From Chrysomallon squamiferum (lineage: Eukaryota > Animalia > Mollusca): a DNA stretch of 64,000 nt. The notes beneath the pieces are model-generated. The model saw only the letters and a list, made by a program, of their open reading frames with translations. It searched no databases and was not told where the DNA came from. The stretch spans positions 5,704,001-5,768,000 of the forward strand of contig CM022676.1 in NCBI GenBank assembly GCA_012295275.1. Reading direction: 5' to 3'. The stretch's first letter is position 1, and every line of letters starts with the position of its first letter. Below are positions 29,035 through 41,637 of the stretch, one piece after another. A program made the translations under genes and the position numbers.

Positions 29035-30020
29035 TGAAGATTGATAACTAAATGCTTCGTTCATTTTACTAAGATTAGTCTGCTTTTTTTTTCTTTTTTT
29101 TTTTTTTTTTTTTTCGTTTATTTTTGTTTTATATTAAATTAAGGGATTCTTTCTTTGCTTTTGTTTCTTTATGAAGATTAACGACTAAATATTTCTTTTC
29201 GTTTTATTAAGATTTGTCTACGTTTTCTTTGTTTCTTTTTTTTTTCTCTCCTTTTTTTTTTTTTTTGTTTTTGTTTTGTTTTTATGTATTTATGTATTTA
29301 TTTATTTATTTATTTATTTATCTTATTCTTTTTTTATATATTAAACGGAATTTTTCTTTACTTTTGTTTCTTAATAAAGACAACTACTTAAAAATGTTTT
29401 TTTTTTTTTTTTTATTTAATTGTTTTGTTTTGTTGTTGCTGTTTTATATTAACCTGAACGGTTCTTCCTTTGCTCTTGTTTCTAAATAAAGATAGATAAC
29501 TAAACACAGATTTTTAATTTTTAATTTTTTTAAATTTATTCATTTATTTTTATTTGATTTTATTTTTGTTTGTATTATATTAAACTGAAATACACTGGAT
29601 ATTCTACAGATTCCTACACTGCTTTTATTTTCAAGAAAAGATTGATAACTAAATACTTCATTTTACTTGGTTTTTTTTTTTTTTTTTTTTTTCCAGTTAT
29701 TTTCTTTAGTTTAGTTACTGTTTGTTTATAATAAACTGAAATACAGCACAAATTCACCCTTCACTTTGTAGCCTAGTAAAGATTGATGACAAATCGGCTG
29801 CTTCATTTTTACTTTTGTAATCAGCTGTCGTATTCTTTTTCTTTTTTCTTTTCTTTTTTTTTTTTTTTTTTTTTTTTTTTGTAAGTTCCTTTTGTATACA
29901 TTTATGTTTTTTTTATATTTGTTTTTGTTGTGTTTGAAGTTATTAACTGTAAGGATTCCAAGTTTGTTTTTGTTTCTAAGTAAAGATTGAAAACCAAATG
30001 CTTTTTTTTTTTTTTTTACT
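29035..30020. repeat. Highly degenerate tandem array, about 7 units anchored by aagattgataactaaat
   Basis: Anchor-like copies near 29037, 29174, 29377, 29490, 29638, 29779 and 29983, separated by poly-T. Confidence 0.6.
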
Positions 30021-30366
30021 TTTGTTATCTTTATTTGGCTTCATTTTTTTTTTTTTTTCTTTTTTTCTTTTTTTCAAATCTTGCTCTTGTATATTTTCAT
30101 TCATTTTTATTTTCTCTTTTTGTTTCTTGCGTGTAATAGCATGATGTTAAGTTTTTAATTACAAATTTTCTAATTTCTTTCATTTTTTTTTTCTTTTTAT
30201 TATTATTATTATTATTTAGTTTCCATTGTTTTTTTTTTTGTTTTTCTTGACATTCATTGTTATTCAGTTTTCTGTTATTGTTTTGTTGTTTGTTTTATTT
30301 TTTCATTCCCAGTCCAAATGAATGCCTTACAACAGATTTATTGAAAATCATTGTATTTGTTTTTCA

Positions 30367-30520
30367 CTGTCCATGAGAAGGTGCATATAAAAGATCACTT
30401 GCTGCTAAAAAAAAAGTCTAGACTATCACATGGGCAAAGCAGGTTTCTTCTTTAGCTATCTTTACAATCCTTAACCTATGAATGATGCCAAATGACCACA
30501 GAACAAAAACGTTTGAAACT
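30367..30520 (+). mobile_element. SINE fragment (core and 3' part; Meta-type SINE-like)
   Basis: gagaaggtgcatataaaagatcacttgctgctaa resembles the molluscan SINE core GGTGCATATAAAAGATCCCTTGCTGCT (from memory). Related copies lie at 33.8 kb and 60.4 kb in this window. Confidence 0.6.
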
Positions 30521-31045
30521 TTTTTTTTCTTTTTCTTCTTCTTCTTCTTCTTCTTCTTCAAATAGGTAAAAAAAAAAAAAAAAGGAAAAACCTCATTAAA
30601 AAGAAATTTACAGCATGTTGATAATTGCCATGATTATGAAAATATCTTGTATTTAAGTTGCTGCTATTTGTTTGTGGAGAAGTTTGTCCTTTTCCTGGAT
30701 TTTTTATTTTTTTTTTTCTATTTTTTTATTTTTTTATTTTTTTTATTTTAAAATTAAGGCTCTGAACTAATGAGAAATTTGTAGCATGGTGACATGCATT
30801 TAATAGCCCTGAATGTCCTACTTAATGTAGTTTTTGTCACTTGACACCAGAGAGATCAGAGCAAAATGTGACATAACTCCGAATGCTCGCCAATTTACAT
30901 GCATCGAGGAATTGCATGCATCACTTAGCATTCGAGTGAACAATTAATGCATTAGCGAGAAATTACATTTTTAAAATGCCGAAATCGGATTGGTCAGATT
31001 TAAATTGAGTTTTTAATTATTTTTAACTTTAGGTGTTTTTTTTTT

Positions 31046-31108
<63 letters not shown>

Positions 31109-31550
31109 CTTTTTTTTTTTTTTCTTCTTCTTTTTTTTTAATTTTAAAAGTTCAATACTCATAAACTGATTTTTTTTTTTTTGTGTAATTTAAATTATTA
31201 ATAACACATGATCAAAACAATTTTGTGAGAAAACAAAAATTTGAATTCAGATTTTTAATTATCTCATTTTTGTTATATATCTAATTGGTTGGAAAATATA
31301 GTCTGAAATTTTATAATTTTATTTCAGACTGAAATTTTCTACAGTTGAATAAATAATACGTTTTGAACTTGATAATTGGGAGGTCCATAGCAGGCATGCA
31401 TGAATAATTAAATTGTGTACAATTGCTTGTGCCAATCAAATGTCAAATAAATGTTTTAATATTGTTTGGTTTTTGTGGGATTTTTTTTTCTGTTCTTTTG
31501 TTGTTTTATTGTTTTTTTAATATATTTGTGGATAATTAAATAAATCCAAA

Positions 31551-31615
<65 letters not shown>

Positions 31616-33229
31616 CTTACTCTATCTTTCTATCAGTTTCTTTATCTCTCTGCCTCCCTCCCTCCCTCTCTCTCCTTTTCTGTTATTTAGCCATCTCTCT
31701 ATCAGTTTCTCTATCTCTGTCTTACTCACTGTTTCTTACTCTATCTTTCTATCAGTCTCTCTCTCTCTCTCTCTCTCTGGATGTCTTTTGTTATTTCTTA
31801 CACTTTCTCACTCTCTCTGTTGTTTTACATTATGCCTAATCAACATTTAGATTATTTTCAAATTAATCTTCCATTAACAATTCATTTAACAAGTAAAAAA
31901 CAAATAACATTTAAATTATCCTCAAATTTTTGTCTTAATTGCATTATAAATTATATATCTGTTGTCTGGAATAAAAATTAATAGTATTAGTCTTTCAGGA
32001 AAACGTGATATTTGACTATTTTCAAATATTCAGTTTACATCTAAAATAACATTTATTTTCAGCTTCTTAAATTTATCTACAATTAATCATTTCTTTTATA
32101 CCTGCAAAACCAAAAAGTAAATTCTATTTAATTTATTTTTAAAATCTCTTTTCTCATTCTTTGTAAGACATTTTTCTGTACATTGATTTTTTTCTTTTTT
32201 CCTTTGCTTTTTTTTTTCTCTCCCCTTATTTTTGTATTGATGTAACAGCCTCCATAATTACCAGTATCAACAAAAGAAAGAAAAGATTTACAAATTTAAG
32301 CCACAAAACAAACTCTTTTAACAAGATTTATTCAGTGGTCTCTCAACACACTTTCTGCCACAAGCATTCTGCAATTATCTTTTTAGTAACAAAAAAAGAG
32401 AATTTTTTTCTTCACTTTTTATTTCACCCAAACAGCAATTTTCACATCGCATTTAAAAAGTCCTTTTGTTCCTTTTATTATACAATAATTTTTCGACAAA
32501 TTTTCTGTGAATAAATCCAGTTTTTTTCTTCTTTTTTTTTCCCATGTCAATTAAACTCGGCCCGAAGCTGCCAATTATGATTGGTTATTAATGAACAGAA
32601 TTTAACGCTAAAAGATAGAAGATGTATTTACCGTCGAACATTTTTTGACAGAAAATTACATTGTTGTATTAAAACAGCAATTTTTTTTTTCCGCTTCAAA
32701 AATAAAAAAATAAAAATTTAAAAAATTCATCAAGAGCTTTTGTTTGAGTGCAAAAAAAATAAAAAAAAAAAAAAAATAATAAAAAATTCTCTTTAAATTG
32801 GTCACCTTCAGTCATTGCTTCGAACAATGGCCTCCCCTTCACCACAATGCCGAAATGAATTGTGGCAATATCAAAATTGCATTATGGGATACAATGGAGG
32901 GGTCAAGTAGAGACGTTTTTGAGTCACCGACTTCCACGAGATTTTTTTTACGATTATGATTTCGAGGATTTTCAGTGTTTTCATCGTCGCTGACATCAGC
33001 ACATGCAGGCTGATCCATGTTATTGTGTACACAAATCCATGGTTTAGGTAGTATTTTCCAAAAACTACTCGCAGTTAAGCCGGAAAATTCCATAGCCTAA
33101 GGCCGTGATTTTGCTACCATTGTTAATTGAAAGTCTGCAGTGTTGTGGATAATATGATATTAGACTGTTGAAGAAAAAAAAAAAAAATAATAATTAATAA
33201 GTTTCAGGGTTTGACTTTTAAAGTGCATC

Positions 33230-33680
33230 ATTGTTAAACTTTATTATTAATAAAGATTACTGACGGACACAAATACATAATTTTGTGGAGTGGGGTAATT
33301 TTAAAATGGTCACAAACTTGTCAGAGAGAAAAAAATTTATAACAGGTTTTACGTTCTGTCGTTGTTTTATTGTTAAACTTTATTATTAATAAAGATTAGT
33401 GATGGATACGAATACATAATTTGTGGAGTGGATAATTTTAAAATGCTCACAAACTGTCAAAAAAAAAAAAAATTTATAACAAGCAGTATTACTTTATTGT
33501 TAAACTTTATTATTAATAAAGATTATTGTTGGCAAGAAATTAATCATTTGTGGAGATGGTAATTTTTAAATGGTAACAAAATGTCAAAAAGAAAAAATTT
33601 ATAACAAGATTTAAACTCTGATTTTTGGAAATACACCATTATTACTTTATTGTTAAACTTTATTATTAATAAAGATTAAT
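33230..33680. repeat. ~130-150-bp tandem repeat, about 3.3 copies, with palindromic CTTTATTAtTAATAAAG
   Basis: attgttaaactttattattaataaagatta at about 33230, 33369, 33497 and 33649. Confidence 0.88.
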
Positions 33681-33814
33681 GTTGTAAACAAAACCATTAC
33701 TTTATATTTTTATTATATTAAATCATCAAATATATTTTTTTATCTAATAAATTCTTTTTAAACTACAGTTACAGAGTATCATACTGCTAATAACAAATAT
33801 AAATCCAGTATTTC

Positions 33815-34075
33815 TGTGTTATGGGCTATTCTTTTTTTTTTTTTTATTCAGCAGTAAGGAATCTTTCATACATACCTTCCCATAGAAAGGGAAGCAAGAA
33901 ATGGTTTTATATTTACCTTCCCAAACACAGATAAACTAATTGAAGTAGCTTATCAGAAAAGGGGATTTAAAAAAAAATCCAGTATGTCTGCTAATGATGA
34001 AAGACCCTTAAATTTTTTTACTCCTAAATCCAAAATTGTTTAGCACTAAGCCACAAATAGGATATAAACAAACAC
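33815..34075 (-). mobile_element. Degenerate SINE copy with decayed tRNA-like head
   Basis: cagcagtaaggaatctttcatacataccttcccatag is a diverged reverse complement of the 30.4-kb core. An A-box-like GTGGCTTAGTGCTAA lies on the minus strand at ~34040-34054. Confidence 0.5.
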
Positions 34076-34560
34076 AAATTAAAGATAAAGTTAAGTTGTA
34101 TTTAACTCAGACATTTATCACTGGAAAGGAGAAAAAACAAAATCCAACATGTCCAGTAATGAGGATAGATCTTGTAATCTTTTGCTGCTAAAGCCAACAT
34201 TTTTTAACATTAAGCTACACCTAGGATATAAATAAACCCAAATTAAAGATGAAGTTGAGTTGTATTTAACTCGGACATTTATCACTGGAAAGGAGAAAAA
34301 ACAAAATCCAACATGTCCAGTAATGAGGATAGATCTTGTAATCTTTTGCTGCTAAAGCCAACATTTTTTAACATTAAGCTACACCTAGGATATAAATAAA
34401 CCCAAATTAAAGATGAAGTTGAGTTGTATTTAACTCGGTCACACGTTTTCCAAAGGAGAAAATCACACGTTTTCCACTGGTAATTGATTTAAAACTGACA
34501 GACAGATAACATTTATTCCCCCCTAGGATATAAATCCCAAATTAAAGATGAAGTAAAAAA
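33940..34560. repeat. 164-bp tandem repeat (two near-identical copies plus diverged/partial copies)
   Basis: tgtatttaactc at 34097, 34261 and 34425 (period 164). Confidence 0.9.
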
Positions 34561-34640
34561 TTAACGTTTTCCACTGGTAATTGATTTAAAAGGTAATTCA
34601 GTACAATTTACTGTTTTGTAAATACTGTAATTCAGTACAA

Positions 34641-34685
<45 letters not shown>

Positions 34686-34750
34686 CTGGTTCTCTGTTTT
34701 GTCATATTTTTAGTATTGTTTGTTTGTTTCTGTGTTTGTTTATTAATTTA

Positions 34751-34797
<47 letters not shown>

Positions 34798-35507
34798 CAT
34801 TATTATTTTTTATTATTATTGTTATAATTATTATTATTATTTTAAATCATGGTATTTTGTTGTATTTTTCTTTTCTTTTTTTATTTGTTTTTTTTTTTTT
34901 TATTTTTTATTCTTTTTTTTTATTTTATTATAATTATTTTTATTTTTTTATTTAAAATTAATTATAAAGATGCCGTCTATGAAGCTAAATATAAAGCAAA
35001 TTTAAATGTTTTCTATTTCTTACTCATTATTATACTCTGTCATCTTCAACTAATAACTTTAAAAAAAAAAGTTTAATTACTTTTTTTATTTTTTTGAGTT
35101 GGGAGTTGGTTTGTTTTTACATCCAAATCTCATTAATGGGTTTTTTTTTTTCATTTTTAATAAACTAATAAGATTTTTCCCTGATTAAAAAAACTAAAAT
35201 ATCTAAATTAATAAAAATAATAATGAAATAATAATTAAAAAAAAAAACTAAAAAAAATTTGCTTCAAACAAAAAATTCATACAAAACACAACAGAATGAA
35301 GAAAGGAAATGAAAAAGAAAAAATATAAATATTTTTTCAAAAAATTCTGCCATTTTGTTCAGGATATTTGTTATTGGCTTAATATTACTGTTACTTGCAG
35401 GCATATTCTTTAAAAAAATTAAAAGATTTAAAGAAAGAAAAAAAACTTCCTTAATGGATCTAATCAGTGTTTTAATTAAGTCCTCTGCATATGCAAACTG
35501 ATCTCAT

Positions 35508-35558
35508 GGGTCAGAGGTCACTTGTGTGGGTCAGAGGTCGCGTATTTGGGTCAGGTCG
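35508..35558 (+). promoter_or_regulatory. Cluster of nuclear-receptor DR1 elements
   Basis: GGGTCAgAGGTCA, GGGTCAgAGGTCG and GGGTCAGGTCG at an exact 20-bp period. Confidence 0.55.
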
Positions 35559-36403
35559 TCAGAAACACAAAGACATGAAATTAAATGGAGCCAATCAGGT
35601 GGAAAGAAGCCATGTTAATTAAAAGTGGTGACTGTTGCGTGTAAGAAAGCTGGACAAAAAAATCTGTTTAAACAAAAATAGTTTTCTTGTAAAGTGAAAA
35701 AGCTTGAAAAGCAAAACTAATAAAATATTTTTTGCTTCTTTTTTTTTTTTTTTTTTTCTTTGTTCAGTATTATTTATTTGTAATTTGTTTTCTTTTATAT
35801 CATTTATTTTTTTTTATTTTTTTTATTTTTACCAATTGAAAAAATATGTATTTTGTTATGGTAGATTTATTACGCAATTTCCGAGAGTCTATAATTGATT
35901 ATAAATGTTGATGAATGAATAAAGAGTTATATAAAAATAATAATTAACCAGTAATTACATAAATATTATTTTAGCAAATATTTCTAAATACTTGCATGTG
36001 TGCATGTGCATATGCATGTGCATGCATGTTTGTATCTGGAGAGAGAGAGGGATCACATATAATATTTTTTCCATGTATAAACCATTTTGAAATAATTCTG
36101 AAGATATTTTGCCTTAATTAAATTTCATTTGAAACCTGAATTGTTATTTTTACATTTTTTTTTTTTTTTATTTAAATAATTAAATCTTTTAAAAAACAAA
36201 TATAATAGTAATAATAATAATAATAATAATAAAATAATAATAAAAAAAAAAAAAAAATAATAAAAAAAAAAAAAAAAAGCTTGTTTACTTAATGTCGTCA
36301 CTTTTTAAACCATCATTTTTGTTTGTTTCTTTACATTACAAAAACATCCCATCTTTTCAAATCTCCATTACTCCGACACCCACCCCCATTACTTTCAACT
36401 CAC

Positions 36404-36426
36404 TCCTATCTGCTTTCTGTTTGATC
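36404..36426 (-). CDS. Putative 23-nt microexon ((R)IKQKADR(R))
   Basis: Strong pyrimidine-rich acceptor ttttcatttgtttttatctcgcag| and consensus donor GGA|gtgagt. Phase 2 to phase 1 is open and fits the flanking exons. Confidence 0.55.
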
Positions 36427-36599
36427 CTGCGAGATAAAAACAAATGAAAAATAAAAATTTTAATTGAGACTTGTTCAAAAGGTCGTGTTAAAATGTTTGC
36501 ACGGTAACCATTCTGCAGTATAATATTTGTTAACAAACAAAGATGTGTTAAAAGAGAATGACTGGCTGATATCAAAAGCTCTTTTGTTTAGGAGACCAG

Positions 36600-36633
<34 letters not shown>

Positions 36634-37874
36634 ATGAAAGTAATTAAATAAGATGAAAGGAGGGCTTTTGTTCATGTAATTCTCGTGTTAATTAGTAAAT
36701 TATAAGGTTTCGGGAAATCATGAGGTTGTGAAGAAGATGCTTCAGTATTAATACACAGGGTTTTTTCTTTTTGTTTCTTTTCATAACGTCATTCTTTTTC
36801 ACTTTGTTTGCCCTTTAATTCACTTTGGAAAGGAAAGTGCGGCCTTATCAAATTACCTACACAAACTGAGTCTAATTGAATGCAAATTTAAAAGTTCGTA
36901 CTGTGAAGTAAATGTACTGGATATAAGCCACCTGGTAAAAAAAAAAAAAAAAAAAAAAATGTTTTTTCTTTTCTTTTTTTTTTTTTTTTTTTTCCTTTTG
37001 AATTTAATTATGTGTAAAAGAACTAACATTTACAGAAATACATATGTATGCAAATACACACACACACACAACACACACATTTACAAACAAACATTACAAA
37101 ACATGCATTTTTTATACAAACAAACACACATATACACAAATATACATGCATGCATAAACATGCATACAAACACACATACATACAGACATAAACACATGTG
37201 CATGCATTTATACATATATTCAGAAAACACACACATTTACCTATTTATTTACAAAAACACACACACACACATATGCACTAATTTACATTATCATTATTCA
37301 TATTTACAAGAAACAAATATAATAAATTGTAAGCATTCAAAATACACATCATATACATTTCAACAAACAAACAAATATCTGGAAATGAACAAAATATATT
37401 TAATTTTACTTTTTCTCATCATCTCAAATACATTTTAACATGAAATTAAAACAACCATCTGAATATATACTAAAACTTTTTAAACATTTTTTTCCAACAC
37501 ACCTCAGACACACATTATTGAAAAGAAATCACTTGATAACCTACAAAATATACTCAGTGTTTTGTTCGACATTTTGACCAATTTTAATAGATCATGTTAA
37601 ACCATTTTATTCTGAAACCAAAATCTGTAATCAGGATTTGTTTCCTGAAAATCTGTGGTTCTACAGAGATAAGTCAGAACAGAATTAAAAGAGAGAAAGA
37701 TTTAAAAGATTTTAGTTACATTACATTTGTGTGACTTTATTTTGTTAGTAAAGTTTGAGGATAAAGTAAAACTGAGATTAAAGATTCAGTGTCATTGTCA
37801 TGTGACTGGAAGAAAGCAAAAAGAAAAAAAAAGAAAAAAGGTGTATATGTATATGTGTTATGTATGTATGTATG

Positions 37875-37947
<73 letters not shown>

Positions 37948-38262
37948 AGGTAGATAGATAAATGTTTTTGTTACTTTCATTAAAAGAATCAAATCCTAAT
38001 ATTAGTAAATTCTCACGTATTAATCTAACTCTACTATGCTAGCTCACTCACTAGTCTACACTAACCAACTCTCCCAAACTAGTTTATCTTTGTACTAACT
38101 TATCTACACTAACTCACCTTCTTATATACTTACATATAAATAATGTATATACATATATACACACACATGTACATGTACAAATATATACTGCATCCATCCA
38201 TCCATCCATATATGTTCATGTATGTATGTATGTATGTGTGTGTACATATACATGTATGTGTA

Positions 38263-38298
<36 letters not shown>

Positions 38299-40599
38299 CA
38301 CACACACACACATATATACATATATATTTATACACACACATGTATATACAAATTAAGAATCTAAATTATGAATATATATATATACACACACATACATATA
38401 CCTACACATACATCTATATGTCCATGTGTATTTTGTATAGACTGATACAGATATACAATTATATTCTGGATGTGTCTATTGATTGGTATTTGTGTATAAC
38501 AGAATACTGCAAGTATCCTAATGGAACAGGTCTATCAATTCTGTGTTAGACACAATGTTTATATTTTATCAATTATCACAGTCTCATATAACTTTTTTTT
38601 GCTGTTAACCTACACACTAAAGTAGAGTCAATATAAACCATCAGTGACAGAGATCACTCTTAATTGAGAAAATAAATAACACTAATGTGTTTGTCTAAAG
38701 TTACCGAGTATACCGTTTGAGGTTACAAAATAACATTATGTCTGTTTTTAATTGTAATTAAAATTAAGTGTTTACAGAACAGGCAATGGAGTTTGTATGA
38801 TATATTTAAGGATGAAAGGTTCTGGGTTCAAATACAGGTACATTCCTGTCTTTGATTTTGACGTGTTTTAAAGATTAAACAGTGCTAATGTGTTTGTTTA
38901 ATGTTGTAGACTATACTGTACTGGTAGATGAAAGAGTTTCAGTGTATTGGCTATATGTAAAAATAAATTGCTGTACATCAACTAGAATGGATTGTTAGAT
39001 TTATAATTTAAAGGTACTGGGATGAAATATGGATAATTCGTAATAAATAAAATGTTATAAAAATGTGATTGACAAGTTTTGCTGGGTATACTGCTTGACA
39101 TAAGAAAAGCATTACAGATTAGTTTGGTGCTTCTCATTGGGAGGTTCTATATGTATGTATGTATGTGACTGTCTGTCTGTCTATCAGTCTCTGGCTATCT
39201 ATCTATATTTCTGTCTGTCTATCTATCTAATTGTCATTCTATCTATCTGTCTCTCTGTCTGTCTGTCTAATTGTCTATCTATCTACCTGTGTGTCTGTCT
39301 GTCTGTATATATGTATATTTAACTAGTTGTCTGTCTGTCAACCTTTCTTTCTTTCTTTCTAAATATATTTATAATATAATGATATATACATCTATCTGTC
39401 TATATATGTTGACACACAGACAAATTCTCAAAGATTATATTACACAGATACATTCACAAACACATATTCTCATACAGATACTTATCATTCACACAGGAGC
39501 CAAACAAACAAAACAAAATAATCATTATCAAATTAATTACATTTGACTTTTACAGTTTTTTGAAAACAAAGATCACACAATGTCACAGTAGCTAATCAAC
39601 ATCTGTTTAACAATGTTCATAGTTGACTCTTTTTTTTTTTTTTTTTTTTTCACAACAAGAATCGAAATTAGCCTTGTTTTCCTATCTTTGAACCAAGAGT
39701 GTCTTTTTTAGGGTCTAATTTACGCTAATTAAGAAAAACCGAGTGATGCATAAACAAACTATTGTTATTAGGTTTCCAAAACTTTTCATTTCATTTAACA
39801 CGAACAACAACCCCCCATCTGAACTCTGAGCATATCTCCCATGATCCTCTACCACTTCCTGGAAACGGCTTTTCTTTTTCTAACAGAAGAAATTCAGAAA
39901 CAAAAGGGAGACAACTCTGACAGAAAATTATTCAAAAGAGAAATGGAGTTTTCATTTTGAAGGTGGTGTGTGTTGTATTTCCTCCAAAATAAACAGCAGC
40001 ACCATTTTTTTGACGAGGATTGTAATAAATACGGCTGCCTTTTAGCCAGCACCTTGAATTAAAACTTCACTGGACTGTGAAATGCGGCCATTGTTCAAGG
40101 TGTTGTTACGAAATCCAGGCCGACATTGAGCAATCCTTGACAATTAAGAAATTTTTCCTCAAACCATCAGTTGTTAATGAAACAGATGTTGTTAAAAGCT
40201 TGAGGGAAATCTGGGCTCAGATTAAACTCACTCACTTTGAAATTGAAGTTAATATTAACTCTACTTTTTAATTAGTTACCACACAACAGAAAGGGGAAAA
40301 AAAAAGAAAACCCCAAAAATTGGAATTCTTTTGTTCAGGAGTTACAATAATTTTGGCAAAAGAGTTGACTCCCTTATTATTTTCATTTTATGATTTTTTT
40401 TCTTCTCATTTTATTTATTTATTTATTTATTTAGTCAGTTTATTTTTATTTTTTGTTTCAATGATGGATGGGGCTTGGATTTCATTTTCTTCATATTGTC
40501 TTGTTAACATTACTTAACATCTCTATTTAAATTCTTTTGGGTTCTTTTTTTCTTTAATTCTTTATTTAAACACTGAGTGTGGTAGAAGGAGAGCATTAA

Positions 40600-41320
40600 T
40601 GCAGGAGAGTAGGAGAGTAGGTGAGTAGTGGAATGGGTGAGTAAGTGAGCAAGCTAGTGTAGCAGAAGTGAACTAGCAGAGGAAAGAACGAGTTAGTTTA
40701 AGAAAATGAGTGAGTTGATACAAGACTGTGTGAGTGTTTACTTTAGGAGAGTGGGTGAGTTAATCTAGGAGAGTAATGAGTTAAGAGTCAGTGAGTTTGT
40801 AAGAGTGGGTGAGTTAGTTTAGGAGAGTGAGTTAGTTAATGTGTGAGAATGAAATGTAATTTAGAGTATATATATTATAGTGAGTAAATTAGTCTAGACA
40901 ATTTGTGTGAGTAATGTAGGAGACTAGGTGAGTTAGTATGGTATAATGAGTAAGTTAATGTAAAAAACTGAGTCTGTAGACTAGGAGAGTAGATGAGTTA
41001 GTATAGTATAGTGAGTAAATTAGTGTAGAAAAGTGAGTAAGTAGTCTAGGAGACTAGGTGAGTTAGTATAGTATAGTGAGTAAGTTAATGTAAAAAAATT
41101 GAGTCTGTAGTCTAGGAGAGTGGGTGAGTTAGTATAGTATAGTGAGTAAGTTAATGTAGAAAACTGAGTGAGTGTACTAGGGGAGTAGACAAGTTAGTAT
41201 AGTACAGTGAGTAGACACCAAAGAATGAAAGAGCTAGTTAAGGAGAGTTATTATTTAGTGTAGGAGAGCAGGTAGACTAGACTAGACAACAGAAAGGTAG
41301 TGCAGAAGAATGAGTGAACT
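40600..41320. repeat. Minisatellite of gtgagttagt/gtaagttaat subunits with a ~65-bp higher-order period; short inverted relative at 38015-38120
   Basis: gttagta at 40932, 40997, 41062, 41128 and 41193. Confidence 0.85.
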
Positions 41321-41602
41321 CTTTGGAAGAGACAATTACCAAGTGCAAAACTATGTTTACTCCAGATAATGAAAATGGGTTTTTTTACCAAAGGATCTGT
41401 CATGATGGAGTTTGTATAGTAAAATTGTTGCTAATTCTCAACTCATTACAACTTTACTAACAATCCAACGTAGATCTGCCTGTTGGAGATGCCAGATTAT
41501 ACAGCCAGAAATTACATGCTTTAACTTTAAATTGAGCTTTCAGGTTGAAAATTGCTTGTGTTAGCAATCAATTTTCTTTAAATTATCCCCTTTTTTTTTA
41601 AA

Positions 41603-41637
<35 letters not shown>

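Noticed and set aside
32839-33093. 84-aa ORF, and similar 60-76 aa ORFs in islands at 40077, 41909, 45465, 46789 and 56734
   Set aside because: No recognisable domain and no convincing flanking splice sites. Such ORFs are expected by chance in GC-richer islands.
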